From positions 62,001 through 126,000 of the forward strand of contig RSEE01000084.1 in NCBI GenBank assembly GCA_003971905.1: a DNA stretch of 64,000 bases. The letters are read 5' to 3'. Position 1 is the first letter of the stretch. Every line of letters begins with the position of its first letter. Both the position numbers and the translations under genes were made by a program. Below, piece by piece: positions 1 through 14,221 of the stretch. Source of the DNA: Moniliella sp. 'wahieum' (lineage: Eukaryota). The notes under the pieces were generated by a model. That model was given only the letters and a program-made list of their open reading frames with translations, had not been told where the DNA came from and searched no databases.

Positions 1-3000
1 GATGTGTTCTCATGGGCTATTGTATTGCTTGTGCTAACGAGAAAGAGAAGCCAATCGTGCTTCCTCGCTGTTAGCATACCCCCTCCCTTAGTCCTCCCCC
101 TTCCCTATTCGACGATTTTGACGTATTATGTCCTTATTGCCTGTCAACGGGCCTCGCGCATCCCTTCTTCTTCCAGTTTCTACTATTGCTATGGTCTTAT
201 CTCTCGCTTCTTATTGACATGATGGATTTATCATCGCATCATTATTGTAGTGCTGATTCTTTGAGGGTGAATTTTGTGTGAGGGGTGGAGGTGTCAAACG
301 CATGGTGTGGGTTGTTGGTATCCGTTCCACGGCCCCGACATATGGGGGGGTCATCCCCTTCCAGCCATAGAGAGGGAGCAATGAAAGGAAAATTTATCAA
401 GAGCACAAGACAGTCACTGACTCGTAGGGTCAGCTTCACCGCAGAAAGGGGTTGTGGTAGATACTATTGTATCTCTCATCACGAAACTAGAACACGCTTA
501 AAATAATATAAGGAGAGGGTTGTGCGTTTCATGCGTCAAGCAAATCCTACACAGGATATATTGACGCAGATCTCGTTGAACTGTGTCGGACCCGATGCCA
601 TGATTAGTCCTCGAGGGGTATACCAGGGTATACCTTTTCCCCCTTCTAACCCTCGGATGGCTGGCCACAGGCCGCATCCTAATAAAGAAAAAGCTGTGTG
701 CTGTCTTTAGAACGAAGTGGTGGCCATAGCACAGGCCATAACCCATCATGCATCATGCATCAGTGCCAAAGCGGCAGCACCTCTGTTACTAGTTATGCAT
801 TCGGTCCGTCGGTGCGCACTGGTCTCGTTTGAATGAGTACTTAGGCCTTAGGTTTTGCGCGCTTAACTCCACAAACCGAGTCCCAAGAATCACTGAAGTA
901 ACAGCGCGCCGGATAAACGGCTTCGTCCCCGTGTGAATTTCGGCTCTACGCAACCACAAAAAGGGAGCTGGGCGGTGGTTCTTCGAGCGTCAGCACACCA
1001 CTGGTTCTCGTATCTCTCATTCGTAGCACCCGACTCCCACCTTCAGCACCCGACTCCCCAGTACACAGCACATCATCATGCATCACCGGCCTCATCGGTC
1101 ACCCCTGAAGAGGATCCCGGTCTGATCTCGGTCTCAGCGTTGCTCATCTTATCAAGCTTCAAGCTTCAGGCTTGACTTCAAGCTTCAGGTGCTTTAGTGG
1201 AAAGCGCGCACACACAAGCAAACAATATGTGATGAGAAGGCGTCACAAGGGTGTGAACAAAGGGATACAAATGGGAACCACGGTGCTCGTTGCTCAGCGC
1301 GCTTATTATAGCCCGTGTGAGCGCTGAGCGCGCAAAATCAAAAGCTCCGTGCTGCTCAACAGGTGAGTTCAGTTCTCAAAAGCTCTCATTATGCATTACA
1401 TTACCGGCTACCAGTACGCAATCTGAGTACTACTCTCAGACTGAGTACTGAGACTCAGTCCAGTTGAGTTCTCGGAGAAAATATGGAAATTGCCAAACAT
1501 ATGGCCCTGGCAAGAACTGTGGTGACGCATGTGACGTCCGGTGCTTGAATCAAGGACGTGATGCATAGGTGAATCTTGAAGCTTGAAGCTTGAAAACCTG
1601 AGGGGCCTGTGAGGCCTCAGCGTCTCAGCTTGAGGCTTACGGCTGATGGGAAGACTGAAAATGCTTGGATGGTGCAATGCAATGTGTTTGGGAGAGGGGT
1701 GCAAGATGGGATACGGCGCGAACAGTGTGCCTGTGTGATATTTTAACGGCTCTCATGTATCTCTACCATCATGCATCAGTATCTATATCAGTACTCAGTA
1801 CTCAGTACGCAGTAGAGACAAGCAACAAGGGCTATGAAAGTGATTAAAGTGAAAATGATTGCTTTTAGAGGGCCCTGCAAGGGTGAAGCCGGTGAAGCTT
1901 GAACCCTTGAACGTGAACGTTGAACGCGGGTTGAACGTTCGGTTGAGTACGCTGAACGTTGAGCGTATGTTGAACTGGAATATAGTATGGTGCAGCTGTA
2001 TGACACACCAGTGTAGTTAATGTGTGAAGAGAGTGAATATGGAAAAGCGTGAGGCTTTTTTATATTGAGGTTTGGCCCGAGCCAAAACGGAGCACGCCTT
2101 GCGGTTGTTGAGGTCTTCAGTCTTTGTGCAAATGCAATGAAAATCCTGATAACCCCACGTCCACAACGAAACTACCGTGGCGGATGAGGATGGGACGAGG
2201 CGCGGGTGGAGGGCACAGCGCACCGTCTACCGCGTGATGGGGCCTGGAGCAATCGGAGAATCTGGAATGGAGATGGACCACACGGTGCGCGACACGGGAT
2301 CGCTGGAAGCGCAGAGGGCGGTGACCATCACTCATATGTGCTTTTGTGTATTCCTACTGAAGGGGTACCTGTAACGGGGTTGCTGGCTTTCCAGGCGGAG
2401 ACCTTTTCCCTGCCCATCGGAGACAAGACTCACTGAGGACTGGACACGTTTCAGATCCAAAGTCCAAGGAACACTGGCGTGAACGTAATAGGGGGTCGCG
2501 AGTAATAGTGCTTTGCTGTTCGTCGGGCAGAGCCACTGGGCAGCGTCTGCAACGAGGTTGCACGTTAGGGGCAGGACGACAAAGCGGGGAGTTCCGATGG
2601 GCGAGCGGGAGGGGAAACAAACTGATGGGAATTATGGTGGTTCTTCAGGAGTGGAGTTTGCCTAAAAGAAGGGTGAAGAGGGGCAAAGATTGGTGGGCGG
2701 CTTAGGCCATCTTCACAATTGAATCTAAGAACAATCAGGTTTTTATAGAAGGGGAAAAAGGAAAGACCAACACAACGAAAAAGGGGAAATGAGTCAAGGA
2801 GAAGAAGTGAGGACCAAGCATGAGCGGCACAAATGAGAGATGAGGCGAGGGTCAAGGGCAAATCGGACCCAAGATGAGAAACGAGGAGCGAGAAACGATT
2901 CGAAACCATATGTGTAGTGTTTTGGATTTTAGACAAGCGCGAGCGCAGAAGAAACGTTTGTTGCGGGTTTTGTAGATTATAGACCGAGAATCCAAGTCGT

Positions 3001-6000
3001 CATGATAGCGAAAGATACAGAACTTGAGTAGTGATAGATAGGAGGAAGAGAAGCGAGGAGAGACGATAAAGGAGTGGAGGTGGCTGTGCAATGCGACTTA
3101 ATCGCCGCCCACTGTGACAGAAGTAGTACCATGTTCTATAAGTGCCGCCCGTCGTGCAGCACCTCAGTGTAAGGGGAAAGGCTTGGCAAACTTATGGGGT
3201 TTGTAGTGAGCCCCTTATTTTTGCACTTGCTTATTCATCTGTTCTGTTCCTTTTCCGCGAGAAGGAAAGTGTGCAAATGTCGGACGAGCAAGTTATGGAG
3301 GAGAGCATCGGTTCTGTGTCCCATATAGTTAAGTCTTATGTTGGGGACGCTATAGATATGGATGCAGTGTCGCCGATTGCCAGAAGTTGTCTCCAATCCC
3401 CACAATTATTCATCTCGCACATATCGCTTTTTTTCCCTGTCCCAGTTTGCTCTTGTTCGCTGTTCAGATGATGCCTCTCATTCAATTCTCCTGATCAATC
3501 ACTCTGGTCTCCTTACGCTAACCATTGGCCATTCTTTCCGTATCTCACTGGGCTGGGTGGTCGCTCACATCTCCTGTTTGCTGTATCACTGCTGCGGACT
3601 GTTACATGCAGCATGTTGGATATATATATATCCCCCTGTGTGGCCTCATAAGAAAAGTGAGAATTGTTTTGACCGTATTGCGTTAGGATTTTCTACCCTC
3701 TGTCATATTCAGAGCTGCAGCTTGTTCAGCATCATAGGGTGGCTCTAAAACTGTCAGACCGCTCAATATATGGATCCTATACTGACGCTCAACTTCTTCG
3801 ACAATCTACTCACAACGGCTCTTGTGTGTTTTGTTATACCACAGTAAGATGCACAAGTATACTACTATTGATATATACATTTGCCTACGGTGTGGCTATC
3901 AATTCTTGGGGTACATCAACATCATTACACAGGAGAGTCTCTGTGTTTCTATACTGTCTTCAGAGTACCATATACCAAAAAACAATCGAACAATTGCGGA
4001 TCGAGAAGAGGGTTATGCTAGAGTGCGACTTGGGAGCACTCGCAATCCTATGGATCGGCTGCAAAGCAGCCTTCAGACAAGGCGTGAAGGAAAAGTGGTG
4101 AACCACAATCTTCAAGCAAAGGTCTGAAGGAAGGAGAAAGGAGAGAGAGAAGGGAATGGAGCGAGCAGGGCGTGCGCGGCCGGGCGAGCGGAACTCTTCC
4201 GCCCAGATACTAAGCGAGCGTCATCGATCCATTGAGGCCCGTGCAAGGGAACCCTAGCACTACCCTTAACAGAGGTTATAGCTATAGATGGAGACGATTA
4301 AGTACAGACTATTATGAAGACCGAAATGATTGCTCGGGTATATATCGCATGAAAAGACCTGTACGTATGAGGGGTAATAGCCGGTAGAAGCGTACGAAGA
4401 CCCGCAGCGACCGGGACGAGCATCCTTGGATAGAGATGCCGGGCATGATATATGGAGAGGTTGGTGTTCTTCCGTCTATAGAATGTGAAGAAGTCTTGCG
4501 GTGTGTGGTGGTACTAGTGCGAAAATGTATCGTCTTGCTGCAAATCATTACCTTGTGGTATGTAAGCGAAGCTGTCCAAAAGGATATTTATACCTGGATT
4601 ATATCCTACTGCAGTGTGTTGAGACATGCAGATCCGCAATGTATTTAGCCCGATTCACGCCAGTTATCTTCACGCTATAATAAGTTTTGCCTCTTGCTCC
4701 CACTGTGGATATCCTTCTCGTCTCCTCATCTGTCCAGGGAATCGATCATGGGTGGGTTGACGGTGGCAGGATGTCAATGTCACCCTGGTTGGAGTCACTA
4801 GTCACTGTGACATGTGACATGGGGTCCCTGGAGAGCAAAACTTTTTGCCACACACGCAGAGATTTGCGTGAAGTTTGGGTCCACAAGATTGGTATTACAG
4901 TTACACCGGGATATATACTCCTGTCGAATTCACAACATAGTAACTAGTACTAAACTGCAGAAAGCTCGAGATCTGAGATCTGAGAGGTGGGCGAGACAGA
5001 GGTGGGGGGGGGGGGGGGCGATCTCGATCACCCGTTTTACAATTAGTCCCACACTAATATTAGCCTCACTGTATAAACGTACAAGTAGTAGCTAGTAGCT
5101 GTTGAGACGTTAGTACTCAGTTAACTCAGAACCCCACGTCCAGTCTGAGTACACTGCTGAGTACGTTGAGACGTTGAGGACTGAGTATTTCTCCACAAAC
5201 GTGTTCTCTCTCCCCACAAGCACCAACATGGGTGTCCAGCACCCAGTCCCGCTATGCCGTGCTCCATTATTTGGGCTTCACCTACATAATAGTCACTTAA
5301 CTTACAGTAGTGATAATGATAGTGACTATAGTGACTCTAGTGACTAGTGACATGTGACAGTGATCACCGTGACCGAGGGTTACCTCAGGGGTATGAAACA
5401 GGTCACGGTTTGTGACCGAGTATGCGTGCCTTGTGTGACATGCATGTGACAGCGCTTCGTCTTCTGCCCATGCCCTTGGGCGCACAGGCACAGGTTCCGG
5501 GCTAACTTTTGCCCGGACCGGGGACCGGACCCCGTTTCCGTTTCCGTCTTGCTTCCTTCATCCATCTGTTTCGCCCACTGTCTGCGTATGTCTGCGTGCA
5601 TCCGCATGGTGCTGTGCATATCGACCAAACGCGAAGGAAAGAAGGTGTAGTCTATCTTGTGGTCTCCTGTGGTGATCTGGCGAACCTTGGCGTAGCCTGG
5701 TGTATACCAAACGCACACCTCACCAAAAGGAATCCCAACAGGATTGATGAGACCTGGAGTCTTGATGGTCCTCTAGGGTCATGAAATCGCATTATTGGTG
5801 GCGGTGATTATGGTCAATCCACCCAACAACACCTACAGATGGGCATCAAGCAGGAAGCAGTCGCCACCAGGAGCTAGCTGCGGAACGAAGAGAAACAGAA
5901 GCGAGAGAGAAATTAAAGGGAACCGTAAGCGGTCTGCGGCCTGAGGCCGGAGAGGGACCGAAGTGACCTTGGTCAACACACGAGCCACCCGGTGGCTCAA

Positions 6001-6513
6001 CAAGGGCACGCCAACGGCGAGGGGGAGGCGATGGTGGCACTTTCCTTGTCGCGCCCCCTGATGGCTGAGGTATCCCTGAGGCATCCTGATACACTGATTT
6101 GGGTGCCGCAGAGCATGGCATCCACCATGCTGGCTGACCACGTGATCATGCTGCAGCGGCTGGGCGACGGCCCCATGGGGGTGTGATATGCGTGGCGTAA
6201 TGTGTGACGTGTGATGAGCAAGGCTACACGTGGCACACGGCAAGCCGCACGGACAACCCTACTGCGGCGCTACACTGGCCCCCCGCGCTGCTGGGCACGC
6301 CTGGCGCGGTCGGTGCGCAACACTCCCCACGCGTGCGGGGAGCTTGGGGCATGGGGGCGGTGTTCTGCGCGCCGGGCCAAGTTGGGAGCACTGCGGAGCA
6401 GAGGGATGCGCTCGAGCCCGAGCCCGAGCTCGTGCCCGCCGCCGTCATCCGCGCCTGCCCTCGCGTCGTCCTCCCCGCCCAGCTCGCGCCCCGCCCCCAC
6501 CACTGCCTGCACC

Positions 6514-8022
6514 ATGGCCGTGCCCAACGAGTTGTCCAGATCCTCAACGAGCTCAACCGCGACGTGGCCCGCGCCCGGCCGGCCGACGTGCTTCAGTTCT
6601 GCGCCAACTGGTTCAACCATCGTCTGGAGCGCGAGCGCCTTCTTCTTCTGCAGCACCGCTCTGCCCCCTCGCCCGCGCCCTCGGCCGCGTCCATTGCCAC
6701 CGCCACTCCTGCTGCCCTCCCCCGTCCCTGTCGCTGCCGCCCCCTCGCTCCCGACTCGCCTACCTCCACCTCCCTCTTTCCCTCTCAAATGTGTTTGGAT
6801 CGGCCGCGCCTTTCCCCCCCGCACCCGCGCCCAGCGTCCCACACCCTCGGTGGCGTCACCTTCCGCAACTCCTGGGATAGCAATGCCAGCACCGAGTCCA
6901 CCGACGACGAGCCCGAGCACCACTTGCCCCAATTGACCCCGGCCTTCCTGGACCTGCGCCGGCGCACTTCGGTCTCGGCCGAGTCGCTGCCGGTCAATGC
7001 GACTGCGCCGGCGGTCCCTCAGATCCACAAGACGGAGGAACAGATGGCCCGCTTGCGTGAGGCTGTCCAGAACCATTTCCTTTTTAACAACCTTGATGAG
7101 GAACAGTACCATGCTGTCCTTCTCGCCATGAAGGAAGTGAAGGTGCCTGCTAACAAGCCTGTCATCGAACAAGGGCAAGAGGGAGACTACTTTTACATTG
7201 TGGGCACAGGCACCCTCGAGGCGTTCAAGCGCCCACCGGTGGAGGAAGGCAGCAGCATCAGCTCAGCTGGGTCGGTGGACTTGGAGAACGGCACAGGGAA
7301 TAGTAAAGTGTCCTCGACGGATTTCGGGGAAAGGTTTTGTCCTATGGTGCGGGCGACTCGTTTGGCGAACTGGCATTGATGTACGCGCAGCCGCGGGCTG
7401 CTTCCGTCATTTCCACTTCGTCTTGCACGCTATGGGCAGTGGATCGGGTCACTTTCCGTACCATTTTACTCGACTCGGCGCTGCGGAAGCGGCAGCTGTT
7501 TGACATGTTCCTCAAGGAAGTCCCACTTTTGAGCAGATGCGCAGCGAGGAACGGGCCAAACTTGCAGACTCGCCTCCAGATTGCTTCGTACTCGGTGCAT
7601 GACCGGCCGGTCAAACAAGGCGAAAGGGACGGGAATCTTCATCATCATCCAAGGTCAGGCTGAGGTGCGCAAGCGCAAGACGAGCGCGGTAGGCACCCCA
7701 ACGGAGCCCCACCCGCCTTTCCCTGAGCTTGCGAGGATGAGGTGACTGTCTCTCGCCTAGGAAGGGGGGATTACTTTGGAGACTGGCACTGCTGTACAAC
7801 ACACGCGTGCAGCCTCGGTGGTGGTATCTTCTCCTGAAGGGCTCAAGGTGGCCAAGTTGAGTGAGAAGCAGTTCACTCGTCTGCTCGGTCCTTTAACGGG
7901 GATTATGGTCGCGCAACGCGAAAGAACGCTATGGCCGTGTCAGCCCTTCGCCGCCGGCGGTGTATGCGCCTGACCAGGAGTTGGGGCCGGACGATCTGCC
8001 CACGCCGGAGCGCCCACATTGA
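6514..8022 (+). CDS. PKR1: cAMP-dependent protein kinase regulatory subunit (Bcy1/Pkr1 family)
   Basis: N-terminal D/D domain (QILNELNRDVARARPADVLQFCANWF), type-II autoinhibitory site RRTSVSAES, cNMP domain A (VIEQGQEGDYFYIV; SFGELALMYAQPRAAS) and domain B (YFGDWHCC/ELALL-like...RAASVV). Intron ~7689-7760; several frameshifts. Confidence 0.93.
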
Positions 8023-8496
8023 CGCAACGGGTACCTGGCTGACCAGCGCCCCTTTGCTAACTAAAAACGTGTCTCTTCCCTGTCATCCGCTCTCGTAACT
8101 ATTGTGCATGCTTCTGCTGGTGGTGGTGGTGGGGGGGGGGGCGTTTGGCTGGCTGCGTAGGGGCGGATAGGTGGGGGTTGCAGGGCAGGCAGACGTAGCA
8201 AAGCCGCGGGTGAGCGCCATTGCGGGACATGCTCCATTCCAAGCGGCGTGGTTATGCGGCTGCGGCCACACGCGGATCACCGGTGAGCGACCATCGATCA
8301 TCCACCATCCGTCTGGAGAGCAAGGGGCGTGGTGAACATTTCGCCGCCCCATTAGGTCATTGTCGTCTGAACATCTACCTGCCATGCCGTTATTAGGGCT
8401 GCGGCCGCCAGCCGCGGCTGCCTCTGCCAACCCACCTCCGCCTCTGCCTCTCCCGCTGCCCCTCCCTCCCCTAGCCGCGGCTGCGCATGACCCACC

Positions 8497-11067
8497 ATGG
8501 AGTCCAGCATCTCGGTTGCCGTCCGCGTGCGGCCCTTCAACGCCAAGGAGCTCCCGCACCTGCTTCCTGAGGACGACGACCCCTTCCTCGGCGACGGCGG
8601 CTTTGTCCGCCCCCCGAACCGCGCGGCAAAAAGTTGCGCTCGATTGTCAGTGTGGTCAGTGAGCGCGTCCTGGTCTTTGATCCTCCCGACCGCGAGGCGC
8701 TCAAGCGCCTCCGCCAAGCCAATCCTGCTTTCTGCCATGGCGCCCGCCCCAACAAAGACGCCCGCTACGCCTTTGACCATGTCTTCCCAGAGCAGGCTAC
8801 CCAGCAGGAGGTGTATGCTGGCACGGTCCAGCCCATGCTGGACGGTCCTCAATGGGTTTAACGCTACTGTCTTTGCCTATGGTGTACGTATGATTGTTTT
8901 GCTCCGGCTTGCTCGATGATCCCCCATTTGGCTGACACGAACGAGCAGGCTACCGGCTGTGGCAAGACCCACACCATCTCGGGAACACCCACCGACCCGG
9001 GCATCATCTTCCAAACCATGTCGGATTTGTTCCAGCGCGCGCAAGACGTTGCGGACGAGAAGGATGTGACGATCAAGCTCTCGTATTTGGAGATCTACAA
9101 TGAGCAGATTCGTGATTTGCTCTCCTCCACGCCTACCCCCCCCGGGCAAGGCCTGCCGTTGCGCGACTCAGCTTGCGGTCGTGGAACCAAGATCAGTGTG
9201 GTAGGCCTCAGTGAACACACGCCAAGCTCGCCGAAAGAAGTGCTGGAGCTCATTACCGAAGGCAATCGTCGTCGCACCATGAGCCCCACCGAGGCCAACG
9301 CAGTCTCCTCCCGCTCGCATGCCGTGTTGCAGGTGAACCTGACGCAGCGCCCCAAGGACATGGGGTTGAGTGAGGAGTGTACCTCGGCTAGCCTCAACAT
9401 CATCGACCTTGCTGGGTCCGAACGCGCTTCCGCGACACGGAACCGGGACAACGCATGATGGAAGGAGCCAATATCAACCGTTCTCTTCTTGCTTTGGCCA
9501 ACTGCATCAACGCTCTCTGCCGCGGGGGCCACAAACATGTGCCCTATCGCGACTCGAAGTTGACCCGGCTGCTCAAGTTTTCGTTGGGCGGCAACTGTCG
9601 CACGGTGATGATTGTGTGTGTGTCGCCATCTTCGGAGCACTTTGAAGAGACGCACAAGACGCTCAAATACGCCGCCTCGGCCAAGTCAATCCGGACCAAG
9701 TGAGCCAGAACTTGATCAACGTGGATCGGCACGTCGAGTCGTATGCCAAGGCGATTCTGGAGCTACAGGAACAGAATGCGCGTCTCAAGAGTCTTCTCGA
9801 GCAGGGCAAAACCCTCTCATCGGACGTTGACGAGAGGAAGAAGCAGGAACTGGCTACCCTTCTCAAGGCAGGGCAGGAGGAGATGATCAGCGCCCTGCCA
9901 TCTACCGCGCGTCGGTCGAGACAAATGCACCGCTGCAAGTTCACCTTCATGCTGCTCATATCCAAGCCGAAGTGATCCGTTCCAAGCTCGTCTCCCACCC
10001 AGCGCACCGGGGGTTACAAGAAGCTCTCGCTCTGCAGGAGAGCAAGATGCAAGGCCGCGACCTGCTCGCTTCGTCTCGTGCGCTCGAAGCCGCACACAAG
10101 ACCTTTAACACCGCCCTCTCCACCCCTCTGCGCAATCCCAACCTTGACGACAGCACCCGTTCCGCTTTAGCCGGTTTGAGTGCTAAGCTCCAGGCGGAGA
10201 CCAAGGCCATACGGGTTCAAAGCAGTACGATACTCTTGTTCTTGTTCTCAAAACCATCGTCGGGGGAGCCACGAGCCTTCTGCTCGCGCCCCCCAGCACG
10301 GGATCCAGCTCGACCGAGACCACGCGTCTGGATGTCCCGCCCTCCCCAGGTATGAGCATGGCAAGTGGAACGGGACGGACGAAATCCAATCCTCATCGCA
10401 GACTGTCTGTCTCCAAGCGCTCCGTGTCCGAGATGCGGCGGGGACGGCGGGTGTCGTTCGTATCGGCGCAACGGAACGCGTCGTATGCCACTCCCAGCCC
10501 ACGCCAACGCGAGTAGTCACGGATCCGCGCCGTGCGATCGCCAGTCCCAGCCCTGCTCAACGGGAAAGACAAGGCTCCTGACCCCCAACAAGCAGCACGA
10601 TCTTCGTCCTGTGCTCTCGTCGCGCCCGCTTGACCTGTCTCCGACGAAGAATGTCGTCACTCGGCGTCTGACTCCGGCCTCGGTCCCGGCCGTGCCGCCG
10701 TGCCGCCGCTTGCGCCGTCCCCCCCACCCCGTCGTTGGTCACTGCAGGGCTGCAGGTGCCGCGACCGAGGCAATCGCCTTCGCCTACGCGGCGCAGTCTC
10801 AGCCCGCTCGTCGCGCCTCAACTCAAGGCCTTCCCCAGTCGTGCCCCGAGCCCGAGCAGGCCCCCCGCTAGTCCCCCAAGTCTCGTCCGCTCAGTCTGGG
10901 CAAAAGGATTTACCGCCGCTTGCGTCGACCAGACGCCGGACGGCGCCCAAGGCGCGCGGCGCGACCGTGTTTGCCAATCCGCCTCCGCGCAATGCGGCGG
11001 CGCGCGCCGCCTCGCCCGAACGCAAGCGCGCCGCGTCGCCCCGAACGCAAATCGGTCGCTCGGCTGA
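8497..11067 (+). CDS. KIP3: Kinesin-8 family motor (Kip3/Klp5-like)
   Basis: [14 protein letters not shown] start, YAFDHVF, P-loop [12 protein letters not shown] split by intron ~8884-8948, [87 protein letters not shown], then coiled coil and low-complexity tail. 3' end approximate. Confidence 0.9.
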
Positions 11068-11589
11068 GTGCGTCGTAGGATGCCGTGCCTGCTTGCTGCC
11101 TTTCTGCTCGCGTGTCACAGCGGCATGCCATGCACGATAGGACCATTACCGGTTACCATCAGTGTGTTCCGGCGGGGGACAAAGGGACAAGGGGCCTGGC
11201 GCCCCCTTGAGCCTTCCTCTCTCTACTATTTGCCTTCTCATTCTCGCTTTCCAAGCCTCTCTCGCTCCCCCTCCCCACCTTCGCTCCAACGATCCACACT
11301 CGCTTCCATTTGTATCCTACTATGCCTTCCCTAGGCCGCCTCGTATTGCATCCGCTTCCTGTTTCCTCGTTTCTTCTTTCCTACTAAGCCTAAACAGAGT
11401 CCGATCCACCGTGCTGTAAACTGAATAACAGGAGCGTGCTATCGCAGGATTGGCAGGGGGTCCGACTTGCCCTTTGCGATGTGCATAGTAGTAGTACAGT
11501 ACATATATGGTCCCGCTCGCGCTCCTCGGCCTCAGGCCTCAGGCCTCACGCCTGACCTCAGGCCGGGCTTCAGGGCCTGAGGCCGGATG

Positions 11590-13882
11590 GCTCATCGCGC
11601 CTGCCCCCAAGCTTTGCCCAGTGCGTGCGCAACGGCCTCGGTCGAGAGATGCATCCACCTCAGGTCCGCTTGCTGCAACAGATGCAACGCCTGCCGGGTC
11701 TTGAGGCGCTGGACGGCGGTCCCACGTACCAGCGGCTGCAGTGCCGCGACGATCAAATTGGGCGTGACCAACTGGTAGTTTCCTGTGCGTCGTCCGAGTC
11801 GGACAGGTCGGAAACCAGGTCGTCGTCCGCTTCGCTGCTGGACCCGAGCATGCTACTTGCCGGCGTCTCTAGCCCAGCATACGCACCGGACGACGGGGGC
11901 GCATGGCCCTGGCCTTCCTCGGAAAGCGACATCCACTCTTCCACCGTGGTGCCAAAGGACGAGGTGCGGGTGAACTTGCTGCGCTCGCGCGGGGGCAAGC
12001 TGGGCATGCGACCATCGTACGGCGGCTTGATACGTAACCCAGGAGGCGCCGGCACGATTTTGCCCCCCTTCCAGAGCGTTCGGACCATATGCGCAAACAG
12101 TTTGGCCTTGGCCTCGACGCCCTCGGACGACGCACGCCCGCGCTTGGCCATCTGGGCGAGAATGACACGACGAACGACGGTTTGCAGGCGCGGAACGCGA
12201 CGCAGGTACGTAGCGTCCAGCCTTCCGGCTGGCCCGCCCCGTCTGCCCGGCCGGCACAATGCATCTTGAGCCATTCCAGTATGTAGAGACCGACGGTGTT
12301 GGTGGCCAGGTGCTTGGGTGCGAGCTGATCAGGCGGCAAAAGCCGTTTCCGCTTGGGAGCACGAGGGGTGGGGGTGAGACTGTGGGCGCGCTTGGCCGCG
12401 GGTGGTGGTGGATTGGGCGTGGTGGCGTCGCGCGCATGCGCAGCAGCAAGGTAGTGTCCCTCTTCGCGCGCGAGAACGGCGGCGGTCGAGTGGGTCATAC
12501 CGCTGAGTTTGGCGCGCGGCGCGGCGGCGGCTGAAGGACGATCGACAGGGGCCGGATAGAACTGCGCCTTGAACGCTTCCTGGTCGCGCGTCAACGGTTT
12601 GGAAGGGGTGGTGGAAAGGTGGACTTCGAGCCGAGGAGCACGAGAATCATCGGCCATGGCAAACATGGCACGGAGGTAATCGGCCTGCCTTTGCTCAAAG
12701 GACCTTTGGGCCGGGGGCGGGCTCTCCATCTGGCACGGTTCGTGGCGCACAGCCGGCTCCTCTCGTCCCACGCTGGATCCACCATCCTCCTCATCCGCTC
12801 GTACAGTTCTTCCACCCCTTCGTCCGCTGCCCGGCCCGCCCAAGGCTGGCGGTAGGTGGGCAAGGGCACTTCCTCAGCGGTAAGAAGGGTGTGGTACGCG
12901 CCACCGGGAAGCGAGGCAGTATAGTAAGCATGCACATCTCCGCCTGGCTGCCCGGTTCCACCACCGTCAACGCTTTGGCCGACTCGAGTTGGAGCACGGG
13001 CGCATTCCCGCCACCTGCCGATACTTCCCTCCCCCGCACCCCACGTTCCCCCACTGGCCACCACTCGCTCTCCTCCACCGCAGGCAGTACACCCACGCCG
13101 AACCCACCGGGCCGGTCGACGAAGCCGAGCGCGGGTGGGTACGGGCACGACGCGGTACTCGGGCGGGCACCTCGGCTTCTGCCCCGGGCTCGGCCTCAGC
13201 GGTTGGGCCAAGTCGAAGCCAAAACGCGCGTTGCCATGCGCCCGTGGGCGCCGGAGGGCGGCGCAGAACCTCCCAATCGGGTAGGTCGGTGGGAGCGTCG
13301 GCGTCGCATGGCAAGACGGGCAGAGGCGCTTCGATGTGGCGCAACTTGCCCTGGCCTTGGCCGACATGGTCCTGGCTCTCGCGAAAGCCGCGATGGGCCA
13401 AGCAAGGCCGCGGTGGCTGTGCGGGACGAGCTGGGGACGGGAGGCCGAGATCGGGACGCAGGGAACGGTGCAATGAGCGTCGGCATCCGAAAGGGGGAGC
13501 TTGGTGTGGGCCAGACGCACGCGGAGCAGGCCCGTGCCATCGTCCAGCAGCCACTCGAGACACGTCTCGCGCACCTCGCGCACAGCACCTCGCCCACCAG
13601 CTCGAACTGGCACGCAGGCCGAGCATGCAGCCAGTACACATTCGCACCCAGCGACGCTGCCGCTCGCGACTCGCCGCCGCCGTACACGGCCGGAATCAGA
13701 CGCAGCGGACGCAGGCTGTGGTCACATCCATCCCACACCTCGTCCGCAGCGGCGTCGCCGACGCGGCCTGCACCACGGCGGCCACAGCGAGTAGGAGGTA
13801 AGTCGATGTGTGGTGGGGGAAGGCGTGGTGGGGTGGAGGAGGGTGGTGGCGCGGCGGCGGTGGCTGGCATGGCCATGGCCAT
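11590..13882 (-). CDS. Probable CST complex subunit Stn1-like OB-fold protein
   Basis: Stitched frames give NVYWLHARPACQFELVGEVL...VREVRETCLEWLLDDGTGLLRVRL, resembling the Stn1/RPA32 OB-fold (xPIxWVxLVG...LDDGTG). A long linker leads to a helical C-terminus (YILEWLKMH...YLRRVPRL...YQLVTPNLI...LRWMHL). Ends approximate. Confidence 0.5.
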
Positions 13883-14221
13883 GGCCAGCAACCACGAGCC
13901 ACACAGCCCAGAGCCACCGATTGTGTTTGGCAGCCACAGCCCGCCCGCTGACCTCAGCGCGCGCGTGCCAGGAGGCGGCCTGGGCGCACGTGACCACGTG
14001 ACCCACTGCGCACCATGCGCAGCAGCGCAGAGCGGCGCTGGACCCAGCCCTGCCCCCCTGCCTGCTGTGCCGCGCTGGCAGCCACTCAGTGTCCTCCCCC
14101 GCGGGCGCACTTGCGGGCTTGCGGGAAGGGCTTGGGTGGGCAGCAGGAGATATATATATCTTCCTCCGCCCTCTCCGCCCTCCTTGCCGCTTCTTCTCAC
14201 GCGCCCACCCAGCCCACGCCC

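Noticed and set aside
853..1337. 11-bp inverted repeat TTTTGCGCGCT/AGCGCGCAAAA as MITE ends
   Set aside because: Match does not extend outward, no target-site duplication is visible, and no second copy appears in the window.
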